A DNA stretch of 63,254 nt, the filler included, from Octopus bimaculoides (lineage: Eukaryota), in NCBI RefSeq assembly GCF_001194135.2. It is 5 parts of 4 records of this genome, joined end to end, with 100 filler letters (N's around TTAATTAATTAA, not from the genome) between each part and the next. Parts side by side here need not be neighbours in the genome. Positions count along the whole stretch, not along the records: positions 1 to 14,092 come from NC_068991.1; 4 more parts are not named here. One strand, written 5' to 3'. The notes beneath the pieces were generated by a model. That model searched no databases. It was not told the origin of the DNA and saw only the letters and a program-made list of their open reading frames with translations. Positions 1-13,394 of this stretch are shown piece after piece (position 1 is the stretch's first letter; every line of letters starts with the position of its first letter). The position numbers and the translations under genes are program-made.

Positions 1-300
1 CTTCTTCTTCTTCTTCGTATTTGTTAGGTAGATTGATTTCTTGTTTGTATTTGTCAGCTTCCTTAAATACTGAAAACAGTTTTTTGTTTTGCTCGTGTTT
101 TGTGGCTATTTGTATTAGTTTCCCTTGCTTCTGGAGTAGGTATTTTTGCAGTCCTATGGTGGTTATTTTATAATAGTTTTCTAGCTGTATAAGACCCCTG
201 CCACCTTCTGTGCGTTGTATATATAGCCTTTCTATGTCAGATTTTGGGTGGTGCATCCTATATCCTGTCATTATTTTTCTTGTTTTCCTGTCTACTTTAC
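1..300 (-). mobile_element. R4/Dong-clade non-LTR retrotransposon fragment B (post-RT region), running into (GAA)n at the window edge
   Basis: Minus-strand translation VDRKTRKIMTGYRMHHPKSDIERLYIQRTEGGRGLIQLENYYKITTIGLQKYLL...LPNKYEEEEE. The HHPKSD-x-ERLY-x4-EGGRGL motif is characteristic of R4/Dong ORFs. It is a diverged copy of about 651-940. Confidence 0.85.
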
Positions 301-302
301 AT

Positions 303-1460
303 TGTTCGTTCTTATCCAGGACTGGACAGCCAGGGACAATATGATTTATTGTTTCTTGTCCATCTCCGCATATTCTGAAGTTACTTGTTACGTTTCTTTT
401 CATAATATGCTTTTGATAATTTCTGGTGGGGAGGCTTTAGTCTTGTACTATAATTAAAAATCCTTCAGTCTCTGCTTTGAGTCCTGAGTTTCTCAACCAT
501 TGTTTGGATTTTGTTTTGCCTATTTCTTTTCTGTTTAGTTTAACCCAGTATTTGCTATGAAGGGGCTTTTCTTGGCATCGTTTTATCATGATCCATTGCT
601 GTTCTAGTTTTAGTTTGGATTTCATTTGTTTTACAGCTTTTGTTGTTTCTTCGTTTTCTTCATAGTTGTTAGGTAGTATGACTTCTTGTTTGCATTTGTC
701 AGCTTCCTTAAAGACTGAATACAGTTTTTCGTTTTGTTCGTGTTTTGTGGATATTTGTATTAGTTTTCCTTGCTTCTGAAGTAGGTATTTTTGTAGTCCT
801 ATGGTGGTTATTTTGTAATAGTATTCTAGCTGTATAAGGCCTCTACCACCTTCTATACGTTTTATATATAACCTTTCTATAACAGATTCTGGGTGGTGTA
901 TCTTAAATCCTGTCATTATGTTCCTTGTTTTCCTGTCTATTTTGATTAGTTCATTTAGTGTCCAGTTAAGGATATTGTAGCTGTAACTTATGATTGGGAC
1001 GGCTAAAGTGTTGATACCTATTATCTTGTTTTTCGCATTGAGCTTTGTTTTCAGTAATAATGTAACTCATCTATAGTATTTTTTAAATTTCTCTTTCGTT
1101 TATGTATGTTGTATCGTATCTAGTTCATTGATTCCTAAATACTTGTATGTCTGGCTTTGGTCTAATCCTTTTATTTCATTTGCTTTATCTAGTGTGATGT
1201 TGCTACTCTTAAATAGTTTTCCTCTTTTCAGGGTTCCTTTGGCTCATTTTTCTAAGTCAAATTTCATATTTATTTCTTTGCTAAATCCATGTACTGTCTG
1301 CAGCAATGTTTCCAGCTTATTATTATTCGTAGCGTAAAGTTTTAGGTCATCCATATATAAGAGGTGGCTGATTGTTTTGCTGTAACAGTTGTATCCGCAT
1401 CCAGTTCTATTTAGCATGTCAGATAAAGGTGTCGGTGTTAAGCAGAAAAGGAGTGGAGTA
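303..1460 (-). mobile_element. R4/Dong-clade non-LTR retrotransposon fragment A (RT C-terminal half, thumb, zinc knuckle), disrupted
   Basis: PLLFCL..PLSDMLNRTGCGY..KTISHLLYMDDLKLY (YMDD at 1346-1357); ORF 437-916 with EGGRGL and WLRNSGLKAETEGF; zinc knuckle FRICGDGQETINHIVPGCPVL at about 315-385. Stops and frameshifts are present. Confidence 0.88.
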
Positions 1461-1461
1461 C

Positions 1462-1920
1462 AAGTATTTTCTTCCGTCTTTAATTATTACATCTGGTCGA
1501 TTAGCGTGGATCGTTCTATCAGTGTTGACTGGAAAATCCCAGAGGATAGTGACATTTTTACCTTCAACGACTTATTCAGGATGGAGTTCATACCAGTAAG
1601 TAGGGGTGCTGATCTTGTAGCGCTTACATATTTTCCTATGTAAATACTGTCCTTACCCTATCGCAGCGATTATTATATTTGTTTGGTGTCAGCACAGGAT
1701 ACCCCGAGACGAGATGGTCTGTTGCTTTGTTAAATGGGGCGCAGAATCTGCATTTAGGGTCAGAACCGTTTTATAGAACGTCAACCTGGTAGATTTTAGT
1801 GAGCAAACTTTGGTCATGTACCGCGAATATGAAGCCGTCAGTCTCTCCTTTCAGTCCCGAACTTCTCAGCCACCGATAGGTTGTTGCTTGATCTACTTCA
1901 GCATTTCGACTTTGAAGTAT
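1462..1920 (-). mobile_element. R4/Dong-clade fragment X (thumb, zinc knuckle, start of restriction-like endonuclease), different subfamily
   Basis: WLRSSGLKGETDGFIFAVHDQSLL...KCRFC....ATDHLVSGYPVL...DRV, then after frameshifts VEGKNVTILWDFPVNTDRTIHANRPDVIIKD, matching the ILWDF...RPD pattern of the R4 REL domain. Confidence 0.85.
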
Positions 1921-1998
<78 letters not shown>

Positions 1999-2065
1999 AG
2001 TAGTAGTAGTAGTAGTAGTAGTAGTAGCTGTTGTTGTTGTTGTAGTAATAGCAGTAGTAGTAGCT
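1921..2065. repeat. Compound trinucleotide microsatellite (ATC)n(ATT)n(AGT)n(TTG)n
   Basis: Directly visible. Confidence 0.97.
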
Positions 2066-2280
2066 AAGTTACTGGACCTTAGATATTCTTTAAACTTTGC
2101 TCTGTCGTTTAAGATTCTCGAATCGACACTTTAGCCTTCTCACAGGAAACTTTCGTGAAAATATAAGACATTGACAATGTTTCCTTGCAAAAATCATTCA
2201 ACATTTTATATATTCGAAAAGAAAGAGGTGTATATATTAATGGCGAGTAGAGATAGAAAAATGAATATGATTAGGAAGAT

Positions 2281-2309
2281 AGATAGATAGATAGATAGAN
2301 NNNNNNNNN

Positions 2310-2364
<55 letters not shown>

Positions 2365-2464
2365 TATAGATTGAAGATTAAGATAGATATAGATAGATAT
2401 TGATAAATAGATGGAAATGGAAATAAGTTGATAGATATTGACAGGTAGCGAAAGACAGACAGTC

Positions 2465-2513
<49 letters not shown>

Positions 2514-2596
2514 GATAAATAGATAGATAGATAAATAGATAGATAGATAGAGAGAGAGATAAATAGACAGACAGATATATAGATAGATAGACAGAC

Positions 2597-2641
<45 letters not shown>

Positions 2642-2700
2642 CATACATACATACATACATACATACATACATACATACATACATACATAGCTACATAAAT
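2281..2700. repeat. Compound (GATA)n/(GA)n/(CATA)n microsatellite block with a 10-N gap
   Basis: Directly visible; it explains the YLSI/MYVC pseudo-ORFs. Confidence 0.97.
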
Positions 2701-5700
2701 GGATAGATAGACAGATAAATAAAAACAGAAAGATAAATAGATTGAAAAAGAGAATCTCATGGAAATCTCCAATCTAACTGCCCGAATGTTTAGTAGCGAT
2801 ATATATTTCATTTGTCTTGCTTGTTTTCTCGTACATTTTTCTTTGCGACTTCCCGCCAGCCTAAACGTATATATTTGTATGACGTGAAGAGAGTCGGAGA
2901 AACTTATAGAAGTGCTGTTTATTTAAGGTCAATGAATACAGAAAACTCATACAATAGTTTTTTTATTAAACATTTTAATTGCTTATATATCTGAAATTTC
3001 AAAGTTAGACCCCACACGAGGCTAAAACCGGTCGTCTGTTCTCTAACGGCTTCATAAATATTATCGTTGCCCCTCACACCACTATCATCATATTAATCAT
3101 AATAATCATCATCATTTCAATCATTAACACCAAATGCACCTCCATGATCGTCGCCGTCAACATCATCATCACAATCATCATCCACCTTCTCCTCCTCACA
3201 TCATCATCATCACTTTTGTCATCATCATCACATCACATACCTTAGGAATATCTTTCGTCAAAGAAGCGTTCATTCAGAGTGTTACTAAGGAAATATCGTG
3301 AATGTATCAAGGTTATTACTTACTTTTCATTCTCTATGTACTTTTTGTCAAATACCATCTAGCGACAACTAATTTTTCGTTCGTAAACTAAATGGAGGTA
3401 CCTGTTGTTACTATAATTGTAATTCGAGCTTTGAGTTCTAGATGATAAAAATATAGCCCACCACATCACACTGAAGATGAAAGAACGTTTTACTTTCATA
3501 AGAGTTATATTATAGCAATCAGCAAAACAGTGTCCGTCAGAAAAAAAAAACACAAACAAAAACAAAACGAAAAGAACAGCGAGAACGCACACATAGAAGG
3601 AAGACTGATGTGCAGGGGACGTGTCAGGTTGAACGCCATGTTTAGTGTGATTTTCAAAGGAAAGAATATTAGTAGTCTATGAGAGAATTGAAACCGCGTC
3701 ACTGACATACCTCTGTTTGGTTTTTCTTCTTTTTCTATAATAATTATCATTTTTCTTTACTAGAGACTCTGTTAAATCTTGTAGTAATGGAGCTAGAGGA
3801 AGTATCTTAATATGTTCCAAGGCCCATGCTATGTACATAGTTCTCCTTCCTCCGCATCAACTGAGAATTGAGGATGGCAGAAAGTAGATAAGGAAGAAGG
3901 GATATCATGTGAGTTGATGATCTAGGTATGAATGATTGAGGAGAATGTTAGGATGGGTTTATGATACAGTCTCTACTATGTTGAGCATGGGAGAATATTG
4001 CTTTTAATTAATGGAAATATATTTTATACAAAACCCAGACTTGTTATTGTTACTTAGCTTCGTTTGAGCGCTGGTCGAGGAAACTTGTGATCAAAAATGT
4101 TTCAGCTATCATTGTTATGAGCCAATGAGGGAATATTTGTGTAGTAATTCTTCCACTAGAGATAGCAGCTAAATCTCTAAGAAGCCACACAAAGAAGGAA
4201 CACACTGAATAATGTAATCGGTACGATGGTCAAAAGTGGATGATACATTTTTCTTTGTTCATTGTGTCAGGACAATAAAGGCTGACTTTGGATTAAAATG
4301 CATAATAAAATGTATCATAAAAGTAGATAGTACATAGAAAATATAGTATTTGATATACCATTCAACTGTTAAGGCGGTAGATAGATATGAGTGGGATGTG
4401 ATTTCTATTTCTGTTAGAGAAGCGACCATGAAGAAATCATTTAGTCCGTAAATCTCGATGTAGTTAATAAAATGGCTGGAGCTTCAGCTATATTATTCAT
4501 TTTAATTTGATAGATCATATATATTTATCTTATATTGGTGGGGGAAAGAGTAATGATCAATCTATTTTTAAATGTCATTCATTCTTTCCCCGTAATATCG
4601 TTTCGGTGAAAATCACTCCGTCTACTTGTTTTCTGCACATGTTTAAGTGCAACTGTTGAAGACAAAATGTACGTTAAGCAAAGACATATCGCTTTCTCTA
4701 GAACGTTGTTTGAAAAATAGAAACCCTAAATGACTTCAGATTTATTGGAGTCACTCTCCCTGATATAACGAAATCTTAAATATGACTCAACTATTCTGTG
4801 TCTTTAATAAATTGATTGTTAAATAGAAAAAGTCACAATAATTGCTTAATAAATTAAGATAGAAGCGGAAATGAAAATAAATTAATTTCTTTCTTTAAGA
4901 AGTGACACAAAGTGATCTTGACACTCTTATGAAGTTAATTATTATTTATTTTAATTTAATTACAAAGTTTTCTCCTTCTCACGGCTGTTTTATTTCCTGA
5001 AAGATCGTGCCTGCAAATAAAAAGTTGTTTATCGAGACGGTTGACCGAGACTGCATGAATAACATTTTAGTCAATTTTAATAAAAACTTTTAGCCACATC
5101 GATAATTTTAGATGGAATTAAAATATAGAATAAGTTTTCAGATAAATTATACAGGCTACTTCAAAAAGCCTCTGAATGATCATTCTTATTAAGCAATTCA
5201 ACATCAAACGCACCATATGCATGGGTCCAAACCATGAGAGTAACTGAAAAAAACTACAAATTAATTGTTACACATGACACCTGTCGAATTTTACTAGTAC
5301 CACACTAATGACCGTATAAAATAGAAATGTTAATACTTCATCCTGTACAATAATTATACAAGACATGACTGGTTAGTGGTATTTTTTATGATAACGTATC
5401 TATATTTTGATATTGACATCTTTGTATAGAAAGATATCCATATCAAATATGCGACCAATAATTTCTATAAACTCTTTCCCGTCACATAAAGCTTGACTTT
5501 GGAAGCATACTTTTTCGCTATGGGTAATACCAAGGAATCTGGCATATATACAATTACAATTTAACTTATCAAATTTCTTGGTTCTAATCCAGAAGAGTGA
5601 AATGAATGCTAAATTTTCAGAAGTATATTTGCTTCGAAATAAAATTAAACAAATTGCTCTATTTTATAACTCATTCCATAACTACTTAATTATTTACTCA

Positions 5701-8700
5701 CTTTTCTCTTTCTCGTCTTCTTTGACCTCTCTGTCTCTCCCTATTATTCTTTTTCTCTTGTTGCGTGTATTATTTCTTTACGCATTGCTTGCCGCTTGCG
5801 TTAACGTGTGTACTAATATATGATTTCATAAATAATGATGTTGTTGTTTAGCCTTAGTTCATCTCCAACCTAGTACACTTGTAATCGAAGGCGTAGCCTA
5901 AAACATCTATCATTCTAAGGCATAAAATTACATGATCAAATGAGACCTTCATATTTGAAGGCGGTGGGTGTGATATCAAAATTTGGCTACTACTTCCTAC
6001 AGGTTGAACAACTACAGAGTGTATCCTTTTGTAGGCTCCACCTATAGATTATTACTTAAAAATCACCCATTTGTTTAACCTCAGGTCAAAGCGTAACCAA
6101 GCAAACCTTAAATAAAACACTGTTCCATTGGTGACCACCATATTTTTTATATATATTTTTTGTACAACATTAACCAACACGACTTTCTATCTTTAAGAAG
6201 GAAGGTAGGATTTGGAAGAGGTGAGTTGGCTATTTCTAGCAAGTCGAGACAGTATGTAGACTCTGTGTCTGTCTGTTTTCCGCTCGTCATCAAATAAAAA
6301 TTTTAATTTAAACTGATATTCTTTTATACATTAATTCAATGTTTATACATAAATACATAATGAAATGCGATGTTTTGACATCCATGGCTTTCCAATGGTG
6401 TTATCAGCGTAGATGAAATGTAATAATTCTGTCATTAAAGGAGAACGTGTTCTCACGTCCCGCTTTGCTGGAGCCTGCAATAATCGTTTTACGACACTAT
6501 ACTTGAGATTGCATTAGACAGAAATTCAAAGGACACCACATGAACACTACTGGTTTATCATTTATCATTTCCTGTCATCACTTGTTTTATTCGATGTTAT
6601 AAAGGTAAACAGAAATGAATAGTACTTGAATAGAAATTCCCATTAGCTACAAAGTTTTGAAAGTAAAGAAAAATATCGCCAAGAATTATATGATTGAATT
6701 CATTGGAGTGTGTCATAAATCTACAGAACAAAAAGAGTCACTTATCTTGATGCCATTCAAAAAATTAATATAATTTTAATGGCAGTAATAATGATAAAAT
6801 TCATACATTAAAAATTAAGTGTTTATTTATCTCTGATGTTGACTGAGATATAAACTAGGTGCTGTACTTGTTAAGCATATTTTCAGTTTGTTTAATAAAT
6901 GAGATTTCAGGTAAACGAAAGAAGAAAAATATCTGAAAAAATCCTAAGAAACTGACTATGATAAACTGTATGTGTTTTTCCAGCTATTTTGCATTTCATC
7001 TTTCTAAAGAACTGTATTATGGAGATGAACCGAGAGAGAGCATCTAAGACATTTTTTTATTCGTTGCTAACACAGAGAGGTAATTATCGTGGAATCTGTA
7101 GGTTTCTGAGTCATTAGCATTTCAGAGAACTGATTGGGTGCTTGTTTTATAGACCCAGAATAATTGATGAAAGGCTAGTTCAGTATTGGCGGGATTTGAA
7201 GCTGAATCATAAAGGTACACAATTATGTGACACGAGGCATTTTGCCCGTCACACATGCGATTCTGCTAAAACTAGCGCTGTGGCCAATACTATAAGATTG
7301 TGAAATGCCTCCTCTGTTAGCTGCGCTGACACTGAATATTTACTTCGTCCCTTATCACAAGTGTTAATTAGAAGGAACATGTTACTTGATCGTTTAACGT
7401 GTTACAAATTGCTATGTCTCAAGCTACTGCTATCTAGCACCTTCGGATGATCTCTACTCAACCGTTACACGACTGCTACTCAACAGCTACTGAACACACC
7501 TACCACGGCTAGACTACCTCTATTTATATGTCTTGGGCGCGCTTACTTCTTCGCTTGGGGGTGTCGACACAACATAAATAATAAAAAAATCTCACATAAA
7601 TCACATTTTACCTTCTTTAAAAGCTGAAGTATGTTTTGGCTAACGTAATGCACAAAACGTCAGGATGGCATTTAAATTCATTTAATTGCAGATCTGGTCA
7701 GCCAAGACAGACTCAAGCTGCAACAGCAACAACAACACCGACAAGAAACTACAAAAAAATTGAAAAAAAAAATACCGTAGCGATTACGACAACGACCCAC
7801 GTCATTCTTTTTAAGATTGAAATTTTCAAGCTTACTCAAGAATGACAAATGAATAATCTTTATTAGAAGAGACATTAAGAGAATTCTAATTATTCATCTG
7901 AGTACTACTTGCTTTATATTATGCTAGCACTGTAGAGAGTAATAAATTCCACGACCATTTCAATTTCACTTCCAAAGTCTTTTATTCGATATATATTGGG
8001 CAATGCTCTTGAGAATGATATGACAATCATATAAGACTCATAGTTAAGTGAATTATATAAATGACAAACATTTCTGGAAAGTTTGAATGAAAATAAAATA
8101 AAATCCATCATGTATTATTAATAAATTATTAATAACTGAAACTGATTATAGTACTGAATAATACATAAATTTCCAAAATTTACATAACTTTGTATTAATA
8201 TCTTCGTCACAGCAATTTTAACTTGGTGTATGTATGTATATATGGACATATGTATATATACATACATACATACATACATTTAGAAGACTACAGATTCAAG
8301 CCATCAATGGAACTGTAAAGATATGTAAAACTTTCCAAAAATTTAGCACATAAATACATATGCATGCATCTAGACATAAAAACGCATCCATAAAACAAAC
8401 ATACAAATCTGCGCATACACTAACACCAAATACTGCACACACACACATATGCACAAATACCTAGATGATGTTGATAAAAGTTCCAATGAAGGAGCCTTGA
8501 ATCTATGTTAGAGTCCGGCTCTTTCTCTATGGACAAGAAATACAGAAATGAAACTGATTGACAACATACATATATACCTACATATGTATTACATAGATTC
8601 ATACATACCTACACACATACATTATATATATATACATATATATATATATATACATGTTTATTAGTATCTATCTATCTAACTATTCACGCATGCGTTTATA

Positions 8701-9339
8701 TAAATATATTTACAATTAAACCTTGGGAGAGGCATTATGCCGGTAATAATTGTATTTCTTTCAACACACGTATCCACATCAAGAATCTTGCACACGAAAT
8801 ACACATACGAAATAAATATATTTATTTTGACATATACTTAAATGTGTATGTATCTTCTTCTGTAATGAAAATACTCTTGTAATCGGAGGTCCCAAATTCT
8901 TAATGTTTCATATAAAGGCCTATAATTCACAGTTATACTTTCAATGATGACCAAAATTTTCCAGCTTTGTTGATCAAGAATTCGTGCAAATTAAGGCATC
9001 AGCTATACATACATACATACATACATATATACATACATGCATGCATGCATGCATACATACATACATACATACATACATATGCTATTTTCCAACCGTGTAT
9101 TGAGTACATTTCATTTTGCCCGCTGTAGACACCTCCTTATACAGCCAGGCGATCTAGTAAGAGAAAATATCAGGTTTATCATCTACATCCGTCTGAAGAA
9201 TGTTCAAGGATATGAAACTGCAAGTAGTAGAATACTGTAAGGTATAAAAATCATCTTACAATTGAATATTCGTCCCACCCAGAACTACGGTCGTGTATAT
9301 AGTATATAAGTGAGGTCATTGACTGCTAAAATTGTATAG

Positions 9340-10390
9340 ATAGTAGAGTGTTCATACCGAAAACTGCACCTTTCACGACATTGACTCTTTCACTCGCACT
9401 TCTTGTAATGAAAGCCCACTCTCGCGCCATTTCCGCTCGTCTGGTCATTCCCTGCAATATTTATCTGTGTTCGGACTGACCTTGCACAGAGGCCAGCCGG
9501 ACTCCTGTCTCTGTCTGGAGCAGGAATTAATTTTCCCCCTCCAAACTTCCGTCCCTCACAGTCTAAATTCGTCATTCATTCTCAATTAGTCTCTTCCGGT
9601 ACACAAACCACGAGCACTTATATTCCTACTGGTCCCTTCATTTCTGCATCTACACACCTACACTATATCGTTGAACTTAACACCTGATACTCCTCATACC
9701 AAAACATTCAAACAACACATACATACAAATACATCTACACCCCTGCTCTAACTCCTTCCTACTTCACAAACACTACCAGCCACTCTTCCATTGTAGTTCT
9801 TCGGACTACACATCTTCACACTTATATTATCAAATATGTAACACATCTATACTTCTACACACCTACTACTTTTGCACATCTATTCCAGTCTCTCTCTTTC
9901 ATACACACACACGCGCACGCACGCGCACGTATACAAGCATGCTCAATTATTCATAGTATACATGCAAACGATATCTTCATACACTCATACGCGCATATAT
10001 GCACACAGACGGGCACAGCAGATAGCTTCATATATAGACACATAAACAGAAAACAAGGACGCGTACACGCGTGCACACATTCACACACGAACAAACAGAG
10101 TATATACGCACACATTAGCTATGTACACAGACATACATGTGTACACAAACACTTATGTCAGGTTCACATTTGCCCTCGTCTTGCTACTAACGCCTCAAGT
10201 AATACATCACAATATCCCTCTTCCTTCTCATGCCCCTAGCGACCTCTTTACTCCTTCCATTCTTTTCAGCATGCAGTGACTACCAAACTGAAACACGTTC
10301 GTTCTTTTGTCTCTATATTTTTCCTCTTGTCTATTATTTCTGTAGAAGAGCGTATACTCTAAACGTAAAAGATTTTTTCTGTGCGTAAAT
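9340..10390 (+). mobile_element. Penelope-like element 3' fragment (GIY-YIG C-terminus plus 3' tail)
   Basis: Frame 9389-9589 reads SPLSRHFRSSGHSLQYLSVFGLTLHRGQPDSCLCLEQELIFPLQTSVPHSLN, matching the PLE endonuclease tail pattern (RHF..GHS...LEQ..IF.L.T..P..LN). A degenerate hammerhead-like GAAGAGCGTAtaCTCtAAACGT lies at 10345-10366. The extent of the tail is approximate. Confidence 0.65.
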
Positions 10391-10912
10391 CCAATATGCC
10401 CTTTTTTAAAACTTCATCTTCGTATTAGAGTTTTTACAGTGTGCGTGTATAATATATATTTGTATATATATATATATATATATGTATATAGTAAAATAAG
10501 GATTCAGATAGCATTAGGTACTTGAAAAGATATGCACCAGGTAGGGTTGGATAAACTTGTGGTTCCAGCCTGTGGTTGGTAGGTATCAAATAAGATATTT
10601 CGGTGGTGTACACACACACACAAACACACAAAAAACCCAACCACATAAGTATATAGTGCTAGGTGCTGGTCCAAAGCACGCGTTACGTTGAATTGTACGT
10701 TCCTGGTATACATTTCATAGTTTTCCTGAACAAACTTCAGCCACGTTCCTGCTGCATTCTTGGAATATTCTTTTGTTTGTAAAATTATGTTTCATCTGAT
10801 GATTACGGTTTTTTGTAATGGAATAATGTTCTCATTCTTCTATTAAAACGATGCGTAGGAAACAGCTGCAATGAGCTGACATTTATCCATCATCTGCTGT
10901 TATTCATTTGAC

Positions 10913-10960
<48 letters not shown>

Positions 10961-11371
10961 NNNNNNNNNNNNNNNNNNNNNNNNNNNNNNNNNNNNNNNN
11001 NNNNNNNNNNNNNNNNNNNNNNNNNNNNNNNNNNNNNNNNNNNNNNNNNNNNNNNNNNNNNNNNNNNNNNNNNNNNNNNNNNNNNNNNNNNNNNNNNNNN
11101 NNNNNNNNNNNNNNNNNNNNNNNNNNNNNNNNNNNNNNNNNNNNNNNNNNNNNNNNNNNNNNNNNNNNNNNNNNNNNNNNNNNNNNNNNNNNNNNNNNNN
11201 NNNNNNNNNNNNNNNNNNNNNNNNNNNNNNNNNNNNNNNNNNNNNNNNNNNNNNNNNNNNNNNNNNNNNNNNNNNNNNNNNNNNNNNNNNNNNNNNNNNN
11301 NNNNNNNNNNNNNNNNNNNNNNNNNNNNNNNNNNNNNNNNNNNNNNNNNNNNNNATATATATATATATACA

Positions 11372-11550
11372 CTTCCGGTCACTTTAACCATATAACTAAA
11401 CATGTGCTTTCCTAGGATTATTGTTTTTCTTCTCTGGATCTTTCCTCTTTTCTGACGAATTGCTATGCTCGAGACTTCATACCCCTCTTTTGTCTATCTT
11501 AAACTGATACATTCATTGTGTACGTCCGTTTAACTTTTGTTGTGCTTGTT
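11372..11550 (+). mobile_element. Probable Penelope-like tail fragment with degenerate hammerhead-like motif
   Basis: CTGACGA-attgctatgctc-GAgAC at 11452-11475 after a CT-rich tract. The GAAA core is mutated. Confidence 0.4.
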
Positions 11551-11796
11551 TTGATTTTTGATTTTCCTATATCTGCGTGCGTGTGCGCGTGCGCGTGCGC
11601 GTGCGCGTGCGTGTGCGTGCGTGCGGGCGGGCGCATGTGTGTATATATATTCTCAGCGTTCAACGGAAGCATACCAAAGATTAATTTCTGCGTATAACGA
11701 TTACCGACGATATAATGTCAGCAATACAGAAACACTAAACACTGGATAACACCTTGTTTAAAATAAATAAAAATAATAGCATAAAAGTACCCAATG

Positions 11797-11832
<36 letters not shown>

Positions 11833-12274
11833 GATGAAAGGAATAAAGAAGACAGAGAAAAAGAGAATGAGAAGGCCAAAAATACACAGCCATATGGTTT
11901 ATGAGTACTGGCAACGAAAATGCTTATAGCAGAGTATGGAATTTCATTTCGGAAATTTTAATTGTTATTTAGTAAGTGTAGCACATGTTATTTTAGAATC
12001 AAACATATTGAATGTTCTATATTCTGCAAAAGTATCAACTAATCACGATATATAAATGTTGCAGTTTAAAATCTGGTGGTTTAAAAAATGTACTGTCTGA
12101 CCTTTGGTTTATATTTTATGTCGTCTAGTGTATAGGAGTTAACTGAGAGATAAATTACTAATGATTAGTGAAACTAAATATAGGGAGAGGAAAAATGTTT
12201 GTATGAATGTGCGCAAGAGTGTTTATGTGCATGCCTGTTATAATGTGCTATCCTTATATGCACACACACATAAG

Positions 12275-12338
<64 letters not shown>

Positions 12339-12371
12339 GCAGCAACAAAAAAAAAAAGAAATAATAATTAT

Positions 12372-12930
12372 AAATGCCCGGATGCAGTACCAGGCAGTGG
12401 CTCTCATGGTTTCTGATCATAACTGATTGGAAGTATTATGATGTACATTGTTTTGCCTTGCTATAAAAGATGGGCTACAGCAAATATTCTGCTCAATACC
12501 ACAGATTTGCTTGTCAGTTGTTTGACCTTAACCAGTTGAGCATGTCCATTACTGGCTGACGATATGAGCATCTTTGATCAGGAGCAGAAATAGTGGGGGA
12601 GTATCATGGCCATGTTTTGAGAAGAGTTTTGGTGGGGTTGGATAACTCATCCTCTGGAAACATGGGTATTTTGTTCAACATCCTTAAACAACCTTATTCA
12701 GGATATTTTGAGCGGGATGGGGTACTCAACTTGAAGAAAATTCTAACTGGGCCCCACCTGCAAGGTCATGTGCTATTTATCTTGATATGAGATCACCATG
12801 TCGTGCACAAATAGTTGTGAAGCATGTGCCTTGTGTACCCTTATCAGATGGGTAGAGGCATGATGGGTATATTGGGCTTCGTACATTTTACCCTAGTGTC
12901 ACTTTGATGGCAGGCACTGCTCTCTCACTC
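12372..12930 (+). mobile_element. Unclassified interspersed repeat, LINE-3'UTR-like, ending in an (AAT)n tail
   Basis: About 560 bp of more GC-balanced sequence bounded by (AAC)n on the left and ending ctctctcactc(AAT)n. No coding motif recognised; repeat status is inferred. Confidence 0.45.
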
Positions 12931-12981
<51 letters not shown>

Positions 12982-13009
12982 GATGATGATGATGATGATG
13001 GTGGTTTCA

Positions 13010-13190
13010 GATTTTGGCACAAGGCCAGCAATTATGGGTTAGGGGCTAAGTCGATTACGCCGCCCCCAGTGTTCAAGTGGTACTTATTTTATCGACTCCG
13101 AAAAGATATATGTCAAAGTCGACCTCGGTGAACTCAGAGCGTAATAATGGACGAAATGCAGCTAACGATTCTGCATGCTTGCAGCAACAG
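13010..13190 (-). mobile_element. tRNA-derived SINE family A (Meta-domain-like core)
   Basis: Similar to the in-window copies at 38472 and 38722 (ggcacaaggcc...gtcgatt...ggtacttattttatcgac.ccgaaa...aaagtcgacctcgg). Confidence 0.75.
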
Positions 13191-13394
13191 CAACGTCAAC
13201 AACAACAACAGCAACAACAACGGCAGCAGCAGCAGTAGCAACGACGACGACGGCGACAACAACAACAACAATGGGTTCTCCTGTCGAAGGAGTGGTCAGC
13301 TTTTGACGAGCGACCTACACAAAATGATTTGTTTATAGTAATTAAATGTATATGCTGTACATTAACTCACTCTCTCCATTAAATCGATGTTGCC

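Noticed and set aside
2206-2811. Long ORFs such as YLSIYLSI..., and similar [12 protein letters not shown]/poly-I/poly-N ORFs throughout the track
   Set aside because: They are translations of microsatellites, which lack stops in some frames. They have no coding signal.
2835-2900. E2F-like TTCCCGCC and CRE-like TGACGTGA motifs close together
   Set aside because: Short motifs are expected by chance, and there is no associated exon or TSS evidence.
3712-3860. Minus-strand segment with acceptor, ATG (MYIAWALEHIKILPLAPLLQDL...RKRRK) and GAG|GTATGT donor
   Set aside because: No recognisable homology and no partner exon found. Treated as a probable chance arrangement.
10890-11415. ORFs made mostly of X (also at 19.4, 31.8, 42.9, 46.3, 50.7, 58.9 and 61.5 kb)
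   Set aside because: They are open only because they cross N gaps.
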